Below are positions 1 through 16,379 of a stretch of 64,000 bases of DNA, piece by piece. The translations under genes were made by a program, and so were the position numbers. The notes under the pieces are model-generated. The model had not been told where the DNA came from, searched no databases, and was given only the letters and a program-made list of their open reading frames with translations. Location of the stretch: the NCBI GenBank assembly GCA_951406725.2, contig OX597818.1, forward strand, positions 13,764,001 through 13,828,000. Direction: 5' to 3'. Position 1 is the stretch's first letter. Each line of letters opens with the position of its first letter. The stretch comes from Octopus vulgaris. Lineage: Eukaryota.

Positions 1-2017
1 GAAAATTTGAGTGACATTTGAACTAAATTATAAAACAATAATTACTAATTAAAAGAAAATATTGAATTGAAATAATCATTGTACAATTTCAAGATGGAAT
101 ATGAAACACCCTTAGTTTACAGAGATTCCAAACATTAACATGATTACTCGGGGGATTAGCGTTATCATGAGGTGAATGTCGACATTACTCGGATTACATA
201 ATAGAAAAATATTAACATCTTCCTCAAAGAACTATCTTTAAGGTGATGATTTGTGTCACCTAAGGAATGTTCAGCGAATTGAGTCTGTGGACGTGAAGAA
301 AATGCAGAAATTTTGAACAAGTCATAGCGGATTTTATGCGCTCATAGTAAGAGAAGGATCATCGGGTATACGCATAATAGTCACGGGCTTATATTAGACG
401 GAGTTGAGAGTGTATATTGCCAAAATTATTGTTGATATTCAAGAAGTTGATGGAGTTGTCAAGTGGTCGTCATGAATTTAAGGCAAAGTAAAACAATTTA
501 ATAAATGGCATAAATATACTAAGTTACGTGAGCGCGTGCGCAATGGGTGTCTTGGGGTACTTGTATAGTGAGCGTAACAGCTCTTTGTTGGATATCACAA
601 AATCGTAGAAGTACAGGGTGCCGATCTGTGTATCCATAGAGAACCCATGTATTTATTAATTTCGCCACAAAATGATTGACAATGAGTTTATCTGAACATT
701 TAAGTGAAGGAATGTTGAATACGGATCGAATGTAGCTGTGAATTTAGCTTTATGGGTTGATAATAGTTCGCTGTAGAGGAATGACTGTGTAAAGTGATTT
801 GGTATCTTAGAGGAAGTGAAATTTGCACAGTCTAAGCATGAAGAAACTAAGTGCTGGAAAAGATTTTTCTGTACTGTTTGGTGGTATCGAAGAATTTCAT
901 ATTATTATGACACGTATAAATGAAACCAATAATGTAGTCCCAGGCTGGTTATAGAAATGCTGTTGTATTTTTGAAATTGGTGAAATTGTCTTCTGTTGAA
1001 GCTTCAAAACGTCTGTTACATGAAAATGGTCTTAAAACGCGCCCGGTTACAGTATGTTCATTGAAGTCGCTTAACCACTCTTGAAAGGAGATATACTTTA
1101 GACCCCTACTAAGGAGGGTTCATTTGGCGTCCAAAGGTGGAATAGTGAACACTGGTGATGATGTCTCGAAAAATGCGAAATGAGAGCGATGATATCAGAA
1201 AAGCAGGAACGTATTGCGGTTTTCTTAGTGCTTGAGAAATATGATGTAACGATCACTGTTAAGGTGCTCTGTGTGAAGATATCCAATAGATTACGATGGT
1301 AGAGCACGATTGAGAAAAACACCAGTGCTCCGCCTGCAACAACAAGACCTGAGCCAGGTGTGTAAAGATCTTTCCATGGACAAAGTGACGAATGAATGCC
1401 CCGGGTTTCGGAGATCTCTGCGACCGTTGTAGAAGCTGAGTCTGTGCAGAAAGCTGACCCCTTGCTGGAAGCTGAGCCATTGCTGGAAGCTAAGCCATTG
1501 CTGGAAGCTGAGACCATGATGGAGCTGTTATCTCCCGCCACAATCTGAGTTTGTTGAGACACTAATGATTAACATAAGAGTGTGAAATATAAGCCTCGCT
1601 TGGTTCAAATACGTGAGAATACAGTCGATCTTGACACTTCTTTACAGATGTCATTTTCAAGTGTGTAACTAATAAACCACTGTTAAAATCATTGGCATAT
1701 AATATAAATGTATGTGTACGTGTGTGAGTGTATTGCAATCATTTTAAGTATATTCCTGCCAATGGACATTCTAAAATCCATTACACCCAGACAAAAGCCT
1801 TGGTTCGTAATTTCTATGAAACCAAACAAATAATAAAATCGATAAACTATTTTCTAATGATATATATTTATTCATTTTATTTAAACGCTAAACAGAATAT
1901 TACTTGCTAAAGTGAAGAGTAAAACTGAAGTATATTTTGTAAATTATTTCGATTTACTGCGGATATCGTGTACTTTTTCTCGTATTTTATGCAATAACAC
2001 TCATGTATACATACATT

Positions 2018-2081
<64 letters not shown>

Positions 2082-4640
2082 CGCACGCACAATTTCATTA
2101 ATCTGTTAGTGCGTACGTGCGTCTTTCACTGAATGCAATTTCAAAATGTACAGTCAGATGAAATAACAAATAGCTAGCAGTATTTCGAATTAGTAAAGAA
2201 GCATACTTTGCATTAACTTGCATCTCATTTAAATAAATGAACAAATGGATGAGCTAAATGACACCATGCTTCGAAATTTATTAATTGGATAAAACAAACA
2301 TAGAACATTTGAAACTAAACAAATGCGACGACTTCGAATGAATACCTTCAAGATTTTAATAGAGTTCTCTTTGTACCATCTGTTCATTCTAGCACAAATG
2401 ATGCATGCATTCTTTTGATTAACAGCGTGTGTTTTTATGTTCTGCTTTCGTCGTAATGTCATGTTATATCAACAAGAATTTTCCAATTGTTGTCAACACA
2501 ACACAACAAATATTCCTAATGAGAATAATTCAACTGTCATTTCGCTTCTCGTACCAATACTGGTGACGTGGAGTTTGATGATAATGGTATTGATGATAAC
2601 AACAACGAGGATGAAGATTGTGATCAGTATTATGAGACCAGGTGATATGAAAAACTAATCACGTGATTACGTGTTATCATTCAATAGCAACAAGTCATTC
2701 AAACTATACGTGTTCAATATGACAAATGAGAATCGAGCGAATCGACATGTAAATGCAGAAGAATTTTTTATCAGGTGATTTAAAGAGGATGATTATTAAT
2801 TACATGATTCTAATTATCCACTAAAACGTTACCAAAAATATATTTATCTACATATACATACTGATTTGTTAGCTAGTATTTATTATACTTTAGAGTGAGG
2901 GCTACATGAACACTGATGGTTAACTAATATGGTTAATATATTTCAAATTTTCTGTCTCTTGACTGCAGAAAATTTGAAAATATCACAGGTCATGATAAAG
3001 TAGTGTTTTCTCACGCAATATTCAAAGATCAACGATTCAAACGCATGAAACGTGGCGATGCTGCAATTGATATTAAATAATATAACCAAAACAATCTTTC
3101 GACTTATGTGTTAATGGTCAATAGCCCAGACATACTCCGAAGCACTGGTATCCAGAGTGTCAAAATTGGCATCTTTTTCACATTTATTTTCGTCATACAT
3201 ATCATTGTTGACATCAATCGATATAAAACAATACCTAAATAAGAATGTTGGAGCAATAACAGAAGAGAAATACTTTAGTCATACAATAAATAATATGCCA
3301 TATTCACATATTCGCATATCCATAATGGATATCACAATGGAAACTAAAACACGATGGCAATTATGTTTATGCTATTCAATCAGAAATATACGTTAAAATT
3401 CAAAACTCGATATAGTACATCTTCAATATAAGATACATCTACCGTGAGAAATGTGGGAGCTTCTATCCGGCCACACGAACTGCAGTGATGCGTCTAAAAT
3501 CATAGTTTACACTCTTAAAATTATGTATATACAGTAATGTTGTCTGAGATATATTATGTCTAACAGCTGAAATTCTTTGGGTGTATCACTGTTCGATTAG
3601 GCGTATACTACGTTAAAGCACAACAACGCTATCCAACACAAAAATAGATTCAACTCTTCGTCAAATCCAGCACGATAGAACGTTTGACACGATTTATACG
3701 AACCCACAGAATAAAGATTTAATTAAAATGAAATGGCTAAAGTACAATGGATTGTTATTGAAAACTACACTTACATAAATTTATCAACTATTATGTAAAA
3801 CATAATGGAAAATAAGTGCGCATTATTTAAAATTCAGTTATAGAGGGAAAGTATATAGGACTGGAATTTATAATGCTGAAAAGATGCATAATTGCTACAG
3901 AGCTGAGTGGTACATAAATATATGTAAAACAAAATGAACGCCGATTTGGGAATTTTTTTAGTCAAAGCTTATAAGGGAAAACTGGAAAATTAAAGCCGTA
4001 TAAATTAAGTAACTTTTCTTTAAAGTATATAAGCAGTAAAAAGAATAAATATTAATACGCCATTCGGTCAATATTGAATGTCAAAATTAAAAAAGAAAAT
4101 AGACACTGAAAGATAACAGAACATTAATTTTCCTAGTCAGAGATTAATAAAAATAATAATATCTTAAATTGTTATCATATATTATGTAATGGAGAGTGGA
4201 AGATAAGCCGGCTTTTTTCCAGGTATATCGTCACCGTAAAGATGAAAATATATTAGTATGTGTGAAGAGATAAATAGCATTGCAGTAGACATTACAATTA
4301 GACATAAGCCAAATTATCAGTATTCATACGCATTATTGACGAGGTAATAAAACTGAATTCCACGGATATCATTATAAAATAAAAATGGGAAACTTATAGA
4401 ATTGTCGATTCATTCCTAACACGATAGTAACCGGATTTCATCCAAATTGCGTCCAAATTTCATGAATCCTCTAATATCCATAAAACCCGGTACATCTGTA
4501 TAAAGTAGTTTAAGTAGTAGCTGGTGATTTCCTATTAAACAAATATATCGAAGCTGTTTACTTAATATGTGGTATGTAGTCCTAGTAGTCACAAAATTCC
4601 TGTAGAAGACATTGCTCCAATTCTACATACATGTTACAAT

Positions 4641-4676
<36 letters not shown>

Positions 4677-5676
4677 AACACACACATATAAAGAAGTTGA
4701 AAATGCACTCGAATTCCTTTATTTTTTTTTTATTTTTAAATTTTCAATCATTTAGCCGCTTTCACAGATTTCTGATTTTCCTTAGTTGAGATAGAAAGAC
4801 GTGGAGCTGTACTACAACTACCTTGAATTTGACTAGAATTCTAAAATTGTCTTGTTTCCGTAGAGAGAGTATGGCTCAACTTAGTATCCTTTTTTGGGTA
4901 CGTTTTGATTCGTCGATGATGATCTTGTGATCAGGTTTAGAAATTTTTGTAAATTCTCGGCTACGTCCTTTCTTTAATGTCATATGCTAGTGTGTTTGGT
5001 ACCATTACATGAATGCTAATTAGCAGATTCTACATGTACATAAGTGCTGAATGATTAGAAAGAAGACATTTATTCAAACACTAGGCCACACAGAAAGAAT
5101 TTTTGTACAATCTACCTCTCGACAGATTAAATTTAGAGAACCATATTTTGGGACTGTCACTCGACATGTTCATTCAACCGTACCAGAATTGATTTTCGGC
5201 GCACAAAATATACGCACGGACGTACTGGGAAACATACAAAAATCCTAGGATTACTGCTAATCATGAGATCTTCTTCCTACTACATTTGACACGTAATATT
5301 CAGACATTCTTGATTACTAGAGATTTCAGTAGACACGTTCACTAAAATGTGAGTGCTTTAACTAACAGCAACAAACGTATTGTCCCATGACATTAAAGAA
5401 CCAAAATTTCTAAACTTGATCATGTGATCATCCTCGACCAATCAAAACATATTGAAAAATGATACTAACTTGAACCATATTCTCTCTATAAAAACAAGAC
5501 AAATTTTTAATTCCACTCAGCACCAAGGCAGTTGTAGCATAGCCCCAAATGTTCTATCCCAACTTTTGAAAATAAAAGAACTCTATGAAACACGCTAAGT
5601 TTTAAAAACTTTAACAAAAATCTAAACGAATTCCAGAGTATTTTTAACGTCTTTCTCTATATTTCTAACTGTATGA

Positions 5677-5715
<39 letters not shown>

Positions 5716-5837
5716 CACACGCGAAACCGGTAATTTCTTTAAAAATTTTAAAATTATGTCATTTTAAGGAAAGGAAAAAAAAAAAAAAAAAAATTTTCCA
5801 ATATTCTCCAGACATTTTGAAATCACACTTTACTATT

Positions 5838-5896
<59 letters not shown>

Positions 5897-7170
5897 TTGT
5901 GTTTAAACAAGGATAACGTTTCACAGTAAAACACAACTTCACATGCGTATCAGAAAACCTAGTATGTGTCTTAGCTTGCTCGGGCTGTAATGAACACTAC
6001 ATAGGCCAAACTAAAAATAGCCTCCGCCAACGCACGACTATCCACAGATCCCAAATAAAAATACGGGAATACAGAAAAATACCACTTAGTGCACATATTG
6101 ATACCTGTGCCGCACAACTTCATCCCAATTTTAGAATCTTTCCCCTCTACAAATTTAAAGACAATGCCACTCATACCCAGTGAATAACCATGGAATCCCA
6201 CCTTATTAATAAATACAGACCACTTCTAAACACATCCCCCTAACACGAACCCACAACAAACACACTTACACCTGCACACACCCTACACACACTTTTACCC
6301 AGATATTAACACCATGACACACGCAAATATATGGTTCCACACATACACATAATTGGATACGAGTGCAAAACATCCAACACTATTTTTTGGAAATGACTGT
6401 AAATATTGACTTCACACAAACACATTGCTTCCCGATACAGGCACAAGGCCAGCAGAACTATAAATATTGAAAATTGTACCCACACACGCACACATATATA
6501 CACGCGCGCGCCCCAACATACATATAAACACACACACACGCGCGCGCGCGCACACACACATACATACATATAGCTCTTCCTGTCCTAAACGAACTTACTT
6601 ATCCAGCTCAAATTCAGTTAAGCGGAAAATACACTCCCTAACTACGCGCTAAAAAGCTATTTAAAATATCCACATGACGTCTACTGACCAGCCTGAACAA
6701 TAAGAATTCTCAACAACGTTATTTTCGAAAATTCTAAACATTCACGTGACCTCTCTATTATGACCACATCCACGTGACCTCTTTATTATGACCAATAAGA
6801 AATTTTAGGCGCGAAACTAGCCAAATTTTAACTTCTCTGGAGCCTTTTTCTTACCCCAACACCAACTTCCATTCAAACATTCACGTGACCCCTTCATAAT
6901 GACCAATCAAAATTGTATTGACCATTGTCCACAAGAAATTTTAGGCGCGAAACCAAGCAAATCTTAAACAACTCTGGAGCCTCTTTTTTCACATATAAGA
7001 GACAGCAAACCCAACATAAAGTCAGATAAGAGGAAAAAACTTTTGATAAGCATAACAAATGCGCAACCGGTAAAAAGAACTTTTCACCTAATTAAATTAC
7101 TTAAATTACTTAAATTATTTTGTCAGCATTTTCTTCATTTCCTTTTTTATATATCACAACTCATGTTCCA
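5897..7170 (+). mobile_element. 5'-truncated Neptune-like PLE remnant: GIY-YIG fragment plus pLTR
   Basis: 5919-6232 translates, with a frameshift and a stop, to FTVKHNFTCVSENLVCVLACSGCNEHYIGQTKNSLRQRTTIHRSQIK...IPLSAHIDTC...FRIFPLYKF...ESHLINKYRPLLN. It is followed by an E-box/CCAAT tandem region and a decayed hammerhead-like motif at 7040-7077. Confidence 0.75.
6736..6990 (+). promoter_or_regulatory. Duplicated ~115-140-bp unit with CACGTG E-boxes and CCAAT boxes (likely pLTR promoter)
   Basis: CACGTG at 6743, 6771 and 6882; CCAAT at 6792 and 6903; AAGAAATTTTAGGCGCGAAAC...CTCTGGAGCCT occurs twice. Confidence 0.5.
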
Positions 7171-7179
7171 CATCTTTTT

Positions 7180-7239
<60 letters not shown>

Positions 7240-7270
7240 TATATATAATATATAATGTAAATAAAAATGA

Positions 7271-7790
7271 TAAGCTTAAGGGTTATAAGCGATCACCGTG
7301 TATTTACTGAAGGAAATATTCTAATATCGGGGCACATAGACCGCTCCCCTTGACGGGAAAAATGTGAGTATCAGAATGAACAGGAATCGAACCCACATTT
7401 TCATATTTATGATAAATGTGCTTTACGATTACACAAACACACCCACCTACAGCTTTCCGTTAGATTCAAGAACTATAAGTTTACAGTTATTTATAACAAA
7501 CAAGCATGTGACAGGCGTCTTATATTTATAAGAGATGGCGGCGAGTTGGCAGAATCGTTATCACGCTAGACCAAATACTTAGCGGTATTTCGCTCGTCTC
7601 TACATTCTGAGTTCAAATTCTGCCGGGGTCGACTTTTAAAATAATAAAGAAATATATATTTATAAGAGGTGTAGTTTCGTTCCCTACGCGTACTAATACC
7701 CACTTTTTTTCCATGGAAGACTTATATGCCCCAATATTAGATTAATTTCTTCTGCCAATACGTGGTGAACGCTTATGAGATTTACACTTA
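7271..7790. mobile_element. Diverged MITE-like element with long imperfect TIRs, interrupted by a SINE fragment
   Basis: ATAAGCGATCACCGTGTATT...CTAATATCGGGGCACATA (7285-7339) is inverted at ~7720-7777; weaker similarity extends inward. Confidence 0.55.
7537..7637 (+). mobile_element. tRNA-derived SINE family C, 5' part
   Basis: GGCGGCGAGTTGGCAGAATCGTTA...TCTGAGTTCAAATTC (A and B boxes); related copies at 19213-19427(-), 48134-48210(+) and ~8975-9030(+). Confidence 0.7.
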
Positions 7791-9939
7791 TAATAATAAA
7801 AATAAGAATTAATATTATTTACAGAATTTTCTCTCGTTATTGCTTCTCGATACCAGAGCATGCGAATGACTAGTCTGAAAATCCTCATGGTAGTAAATTA
7901 GATATGGCCTGGATAACTCAAGACTTTTGCAAAATGAGAACATGAACAAGCTTTAGATATACAGAACTGAAGCAGAATTTACTTCATAGAAGTAAACTCG
8001 AATGTAAATGCTAAGAATTAAAATAGATATACAATTCAATATTTACGATCTTTCTGTACACTACAAGTAACGATTTCTTTCGGTTGACAGATATGTGCAC
8101 TGATTAGCAAACAGTGAAGTTGTGAAATTATAATGAAGCCATTGACTTATTTGGGGTGAAACGTCCCAGTAATAATAGCTGACTTGACACATCTCCAAAT
8201 AGTGAAGGTGCAGAACCTTTGGCAGTAATGGACATATTGTAAAATGGAGATGCTTCCCTGTGATGTACACAAGGGTGACTAGCATATTTGTATTCAAATC
8301 AGTCGGAACTTACTAAGAATAAATATGCAAAATCCTCGATTTAGATCTCTATGTTAACAGCGCAAATAGCGATTCTTTTAGTTGTTTCTTTTCTTACAAG
8401 CACAAGGGGAACATGTTACGAAGAAAACCCAAAATTGTTTTGTGACTTAACTAAGATTGCAGTCTACGTTATTGAAGTCTAGAAATTTAATTCAATGAGA
8501 TTTCAACTCAAACTTGAAGTGAAGATAATTAAATACTGCCAGCTGGTTGTTATCCGCTAATCTTTGGTAGTAAATAATAGTCATTTCCAACACAAACAGG
8601 CCATAATTTGGGAGACAATACAATGATTATATTAGATCAGTATTGACAGATTCATTTACGCATCGAAGATTGAATGCACATATCGACTGTCTTCAGTTCG
8701 TAAAACAATGTTACTGAATTTAGTAAATCTGGAAGCTCTAGATTAGATACGCGACCAAATAATCGATCACATAAACTTGATATATTAAGATTTCCATATT
8801 TAGATATGTAGGATATCCTGCCGAAGTCGATTTGTCTTTTATACATTCGATAGTGATAAAATAATTTTCTAGTCGAGTTTTAGGGTCAATATACACGACT
8901 AACTCTTTTACTATAGCTGCTGACTTTCAGTCTAAATCATAAACTATTATAAATGTGATTTATTGGCAGATTTTTTAGCGTCCTGAGTTCAAATCGCAAC
9001 CAGGTCAACTTTACCATTCAACCCTCCGGAGTTGGCATCTGCGATATTATGTAAACAATTGACTTGATCGGAGCGACTATTCCCAAGCATCAAAAGTGCT
9101 GACTAACTGCTAAACTTAGCCACAAATATTAGAGAGCGGTGAGCTGTAATAATGTCGTAAAGAATGGTAACATTATTGTTATTTGCTTTGAAAAATTTTG
9201 TTGTTGGTTACTGGCATTAGCGAGTTATCAGGTGACATCCAATCACTTAGGTGGCTACCAAGTTCGTATGGTCGTACAGTTTTGTCTTGGCTCTAGGTGA
9301 CTTGAAATTGCATATAGACTGAAGGAGGGGGCGTGGAATTAATCGCTTTCTTTTAATCTTCGAGTGTACATTGAAATTGATTTCATCTTTCCCATTATTG
9401 AAGATGACCCGCTCAATATCCCCAGCGATTTACCATTGCCTGTCAGTCATATAACGTAGGCTTTGTGTGTGTGTGTGTGTGTGTGTGTGTATTAGTTACT
9501 TGTTTGTAAATCACAGAGGTAGAAATCTGAGTGTTAATTTTGGTGGTTAAAGTTGAAGTGACATTTAATTTTTTTTTGTATAATTGCGTATATGTATTGC
9601 TCCGTATATATATTTTTGTGTATATATGTCTGTATATTGTCTGTATATGTTTCCTTTATATTTGAAGTGTATGTGTATTAATGCATGTGTATTAATATCT
9701 TTCATCACTAGCTTGGATTTTAAACAGTACTTTACAAAAACAGAAGCAAATGAGAACTTCAGGTCATCAAAGTGATTTTTCTAAAGGAATCTTCAAAATG
9801 TTAAGGATTGTATTGGACGAAAAAACTTAATGGAACTTTACTGTTGGTTCAAACTCATGTGTATGTATTATTTGTTTTCCACCGACAGTTATATTTGTAC
9901 AATTAATTTTCAATAAAATATATAATCTACATGATTGTA

Positions 9940-9970
<31 letters not shown>

Positions 9971-10059
9971 CAACACTAAATTTTCAAGTCTGGTCATAGA
10001 ATGACCAATGATTTTGCATCCACGGAAGCCGCAGCTAGGGGGAAGTACGCAATGGTCCA

Positions 10060-12145
10060 TTTGTCAAACGTCTATCAGAAGAAAAAAAATCATTATTGAG
10101 GATGGGTTGTCTCCTCTGGACCGTCGTTTTTCCTACGGTGCCTTACGAGACTAATCTGTGAACGGAGAGTCCTAATTTTGCAAGAGGTAGCGCTTAATGT
10201 GGAAACATTGTTTATATATTTCTTTACGAGTGTTCAGTGAGCCAGAATTAGCATAGTTTTTATGAACTTTGGCTCTCTCAGCGATGCCGATTTCGCATCA
10301 CCCGCTCCCAGTAGTATAGGGCCTGGGTATTCTAAGATCAAGGGTGTCCCTTGATCCTTGAGGCCCCATACATGACTGACCAGGGACGTAACGATGGATT
10401 ACTGGTGGTTGGAGAAGCGTCGCTTGAAGGTGAGCTGGCCGATCCGATGTAATTAGAGGGTATGTTCTCGTTCCTGATGTATCTCTCGTTGGCTCTAGAT
10501 CTGGGGATGTTGTTGGTGCTACCAGTGTTGCTGGGTCTGCATTCATTATGGCGTATTGGTTAGGCAGTGCTAATATGTCCATCGTCACCGCGGTTGTTGT
10601 CACTTTGGTGCCCGTGTCTGGCCATAGGCTTGGCGCTATTGCTGCCGGCGGTGGTCTGGGAGTCGTTGCTGGTAACGTAGGGTTCAGAGCCTTTTATTTC
10701 TTCCTTGTCGCTGGTACTTGTCTGGTCATCCTCTCCGGCAGTGGTGTTGGTACTGGAGTCGCTGGTTACCTCCTCAGTGTCATTCGTACTGGATTGGTCA
10801 TCCTATCTTTTTGTGGTATCGGTACTGGTGTCGTTGGCGTCAGAGCTGGTGTATCCATCCCTGTTGTCGCCCCCAGTGTCATATCGATGGATATGGTAGA
10901 TTGTTTCTACTGTGTTTGCCAGGTCTAGGCGTCACCGTAGCCTCGTACATGACTTCTTCGGCCTCGCATCAGCCCTCTACTGGACAGTCATTGTACACTC
11001 TGCAAGAGCAACCTGCCTCCTCCCGTGTTTTGTGGTTGTTTGTTAAAATACTTATGTTGGGTGCACAACTAAAGGAGACCCTGACGGTGTTTGTTGAATA
11101 AATGGCTGTATCTGTGTTAAGTGCTTGTCTGTTAGCATGAGGAATATCATTCCCACATAATTCTTGCTATTGAGTTAGAAGAGTGGAGCAAAGCAAACGA
11201 AGTTTCGGTGGCGACTCATTTTGTGGGCGCTTGGGTCAGGCATGTAGGAGATGCTATCCTTAAACGAACTAGACGCCAGCGCCTTGATGTACTAGGGGCG
11301 GTGGCGTAGAAAATATCTTGATAAGAGTATAGATACGAGATCCACTTGCTGACACTATTTACTAGGTTCTTGAGCACAATAGGGGTGAAAGGAAGCCGTG
11401 TTAATACAGAGCAGCCTCTCGGTTGGCTTGTGATAGGGCATGTATATACCTGAGCCCAGGTCTAAAGTAACATCTAGGAAGTCTACGTAGTGAGATTAGT
11501 ATCAATGGTGATCTTGAGTCAATGGTGATCGTGGAGTCTAGGGCACTCATCAGGTCTTTTCTAAGTTTATCTAGTGTGTGTCCATTGGCTCCTCTATAGA
11601 TGGCTAGGGCGTCATCTCTGCAGAGATTAATGAGCACCGAAAGGTATTTCTTCTCTAAGGTGTCCAGGTTATGTGGTCCAATACGATCGCAGAAGTCGGC
11701 GATGACTTTGGCTCAAATAGCCACATCGAAGGGGCCCTCAGCATCCGATTGCTTGACCCGTGTCGAATCTTTGTTGAACAGCACCGTTTTCCTGCTATGC
11801 ATGATAACGCTAGTATATACATTAGCAAAGGAAGGTTCCTTCATCCACAAACGTCTTGATATTCACAGGTAAAAGTCGAATTGTGTAAACTTACCCCTGC
11901 CTCTCCCCTAGTCGGCATTAAACCATGAGATCACCTCATTGATGCTGCGCCATAGAGGGAGGCGAGTTGTCCTCATGTCATCATTAATATTCTTCAGTAT
12001 ATGCTTGCTCACTTTGTTAATGCCGGATTTGGCTGGGATTATCAGGTGGCATTTGAGGTTAGAGACAAAGTTCCGCTTGACCAATTGACCATAGCGTTTC
12101 TCCACCTCCGCGAGATGAAGAGTTAAATGTGTTTTATATAGCATT
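10060..12145 (-). pseudogene. Decayed Naiad-type PLE (RT remnant plus long Thr/Pro-rich linker)
   Basis: Fragments KCHLIIPAKSGINKVSKHILKNIN...LWRSINEVISWF, KFTQFDF, IMHSRKTVLF...GPFDVAI, LCRDDALAI, RHRNFVCFAP are collinear with the 904-aa ORF; many stops and frameshifts. Confidence 0.8.
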
Positions 12146-12297
12146 TTAAGAGCTAGTCACAAGGCTGTGGCTTTCGTGGATCCGAAACTATCGGTCACTC
12201 TATGATCAGACATTAACTTTATTGTTTTAATAATTTACTGCTTTATTCTTTACATTGTGCTTCTTATTCGGATATCTGATATATACATACATACATA

Positions 12298-12378
<81 letters not shown>

Positions 12379-12427
12379 CTATGTGTGTATGTGTGTGTGT
12401 GTTTGTGTGTTTGTGTATGTGTGTGTG

Positions 12428-12564
12428 TGTTGCAATTATTCGGTTGGCATAAGAAGACTCCGAGTTTCAGATGCTGGGGCGATAATTGACGAGATGCCGG
12501 AGTAGGTTTCCACCCCGACATCCGAAACTCGGAGTCTTATTATAGCAACCGAATAATTGTAACA
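12428..12564. repeat. Short foldback with ~52-bp near-perfect inverted arms (MITE-like)
   Basis: TGTTGCAATTATTCGGTTGGCATAAGAAGACTCCGAGTTTCAGATG versus the reverse complement of CATCCGAAACTCGGAGTCTTATTATAGCAACCGAATAATTGTAACA. Confidence 0.8.
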
Positions 12565-12641
12565 TTTTTTACAGATAAATTCCTCTATTTCCATAGTATT
12601 GAGGTCTCTTTCATTCTTTTGTGGTTTCACGATTACTTTGA

Positions 12642-14065
<1,424 letters not shown>

Positions 14066-14087
14066 ATTATTATTATTATTTAATAAC

Positions 14088-14163
<76 letters not shown>

Positions 14164-14177
14164 TCTATCTATCTGTC

Positions 14178-14208
<31 letters not shown>

Positions 14209-14320
14209 TCACACACATATATATAGACATATATATATGTGTACATATATGCATATATCGTATGTATATACATTTGTATGTATGTACGTACGTATGTATG
14301 TATGTATGTATGTATGTATG

Positions 14321-14389
<69 letters not shown>

Positions 14390-16379
14390 GGGTTGAGGAG
14401 GAAATATATAGAGATCTAATATCAATTGCGTGTCTGAATTAAATTTTATTGTGATAAATCTTTTACCAACTCCCGATGAGAATTTGAAATATCACTATTT
14501 CACCGTAAAAATATATATCAATGCATAAACTCTAAAACACTGACATTGATGATTGGATCAGTAAATAAAAAAAAAAGCATTAGAACCATAAATTATTTAG
14601 TATTTTTTATGTATATTTTAGATTGCTTAAAACGAACTTGTATGTTTTTGTTGACGAGGATCATTTCAAGTTCCATATACTTATAAATTTGTGAGCATAA
14701 ATCGAATAAATTGACGATGTTGTCATGGCGGCGTTAATCAAGCATTTAAGGAAGTGTCGAATATATTAAGTCTATAATGAACTAAAATATGAATGCGGGC
14801 ATAAAGTAATTCAGCTATGCGGAACATATTTTCAGGACATATTTTATTCTTTAAAGAAACCATATCAATGCATATCTTATGAAAAGCATATAGTAGTACT
14901 GTTCTACTAGATTGATAGAGGATACGTCACTCTGGAAAAGAACTAGAGGAGGATTTACAAGTGGAAAACCTACTATTTTGATACTCCACCACTGCTCATT
15001 CTCTCTGCATATACATTCATATACATACTCACACATACGCACACCCACTTACACACACATCTATATTTACACATACGTAGATAGATGAACAGAAAGATAT
15101 GTATACCAACACACACATATATATATATATATACATACATACATATGCACACGCATACACTCACACACTCACACACTCACACATTCACACACACTCACAG
15201 ATACACATGTGTAACTAAGACATCATAAAATGAGTGAAGAATTATGCATCTTCCTAACTTGTTTATTACAGTATTAAATTATATTCCGAGTAAAGGAAAT
15301 GAATTATATTAGCTTGAATGGGTTTATCTCGTTTTTAAATATAACACAAATTATGATATTAAATGGACAATAATTGGCAGAGCTTCACCGTATACTTTTG
15401 TAAATTTGGAGTGTAATTTATGCTTGGGAGAAATATTCCATATCTTTAGCTCTAATTACAGTTTAATTTGCCGAAACGAAATCGCTCTGAAATTTCCGCA
15501 TTCTTTTTGAAATGTAGTTAAGCACTTTCCACACAAGTACTTTTCAGTAGGATATCACTTAAGTAGATGTGCATATAAGTTAACCTAGCCAAATATTCGA
15601 TGATATACACCAGTTTGTTTTTAACAATCTCACAAAGAAACTCATTCGTTTTCATTTTTGTTCTTTCCGCCGTATTTCCTCTTAATCTAGCTATTTATAT
15701 TATGTTGAAACAGTGTGTCTTCATAATGAGTGGTCAGTGAGTCGAATGAATCCTGAACTAGTTTATAGGCTTTTTTCTAATACTATGATCATAAAATAGT
15801 CTATTCCGTGAAAATTTCAAAGTATATTTTAAGTTTAAACGATACCAAAAATATTGCTATATTTTATTTCAAAACAACCTCTTTAATCGTGTACAACTAA
15901 GACTTTATGATTCCCTCACCTATTGTTGTATCCTCCGTCGTGCCACCACCACGATATTGTGACGGATGGTTTAGATACACTGTACCAGTGTAGTAACAGT
16001 AAATAAGGTAACCATGCAGCCGTAATAACAACATAACGATCCAACAGTCTCTTCACGAACCAACAATCTCTTTCGGTGCTGCCAACTCAAACAAGCCATG
16101 ACAGACTTCCATTGGTATTGCCTTTCGTTTTTCAGTATGTCTTGACCTTAATTGGTTTAGTTGTCTCTTATGTTCCCAATGATGTCCTTCAGTTACATAA
16201 ATAATGTTTCCTAATCTTTTAGTTACAAAACTATCCTCTTAGTCTTGATTACCATTGTTGTAAATTTTAAAATGAACTTTATCTCCTACTTCGAAATGTG
16301 CTGCCTCTTCTGTATTTCCTTTAAACATATTTTTTCTCGGCAATAATTAATCGAAGATCGATTTTATTTTTCGCGTGAA

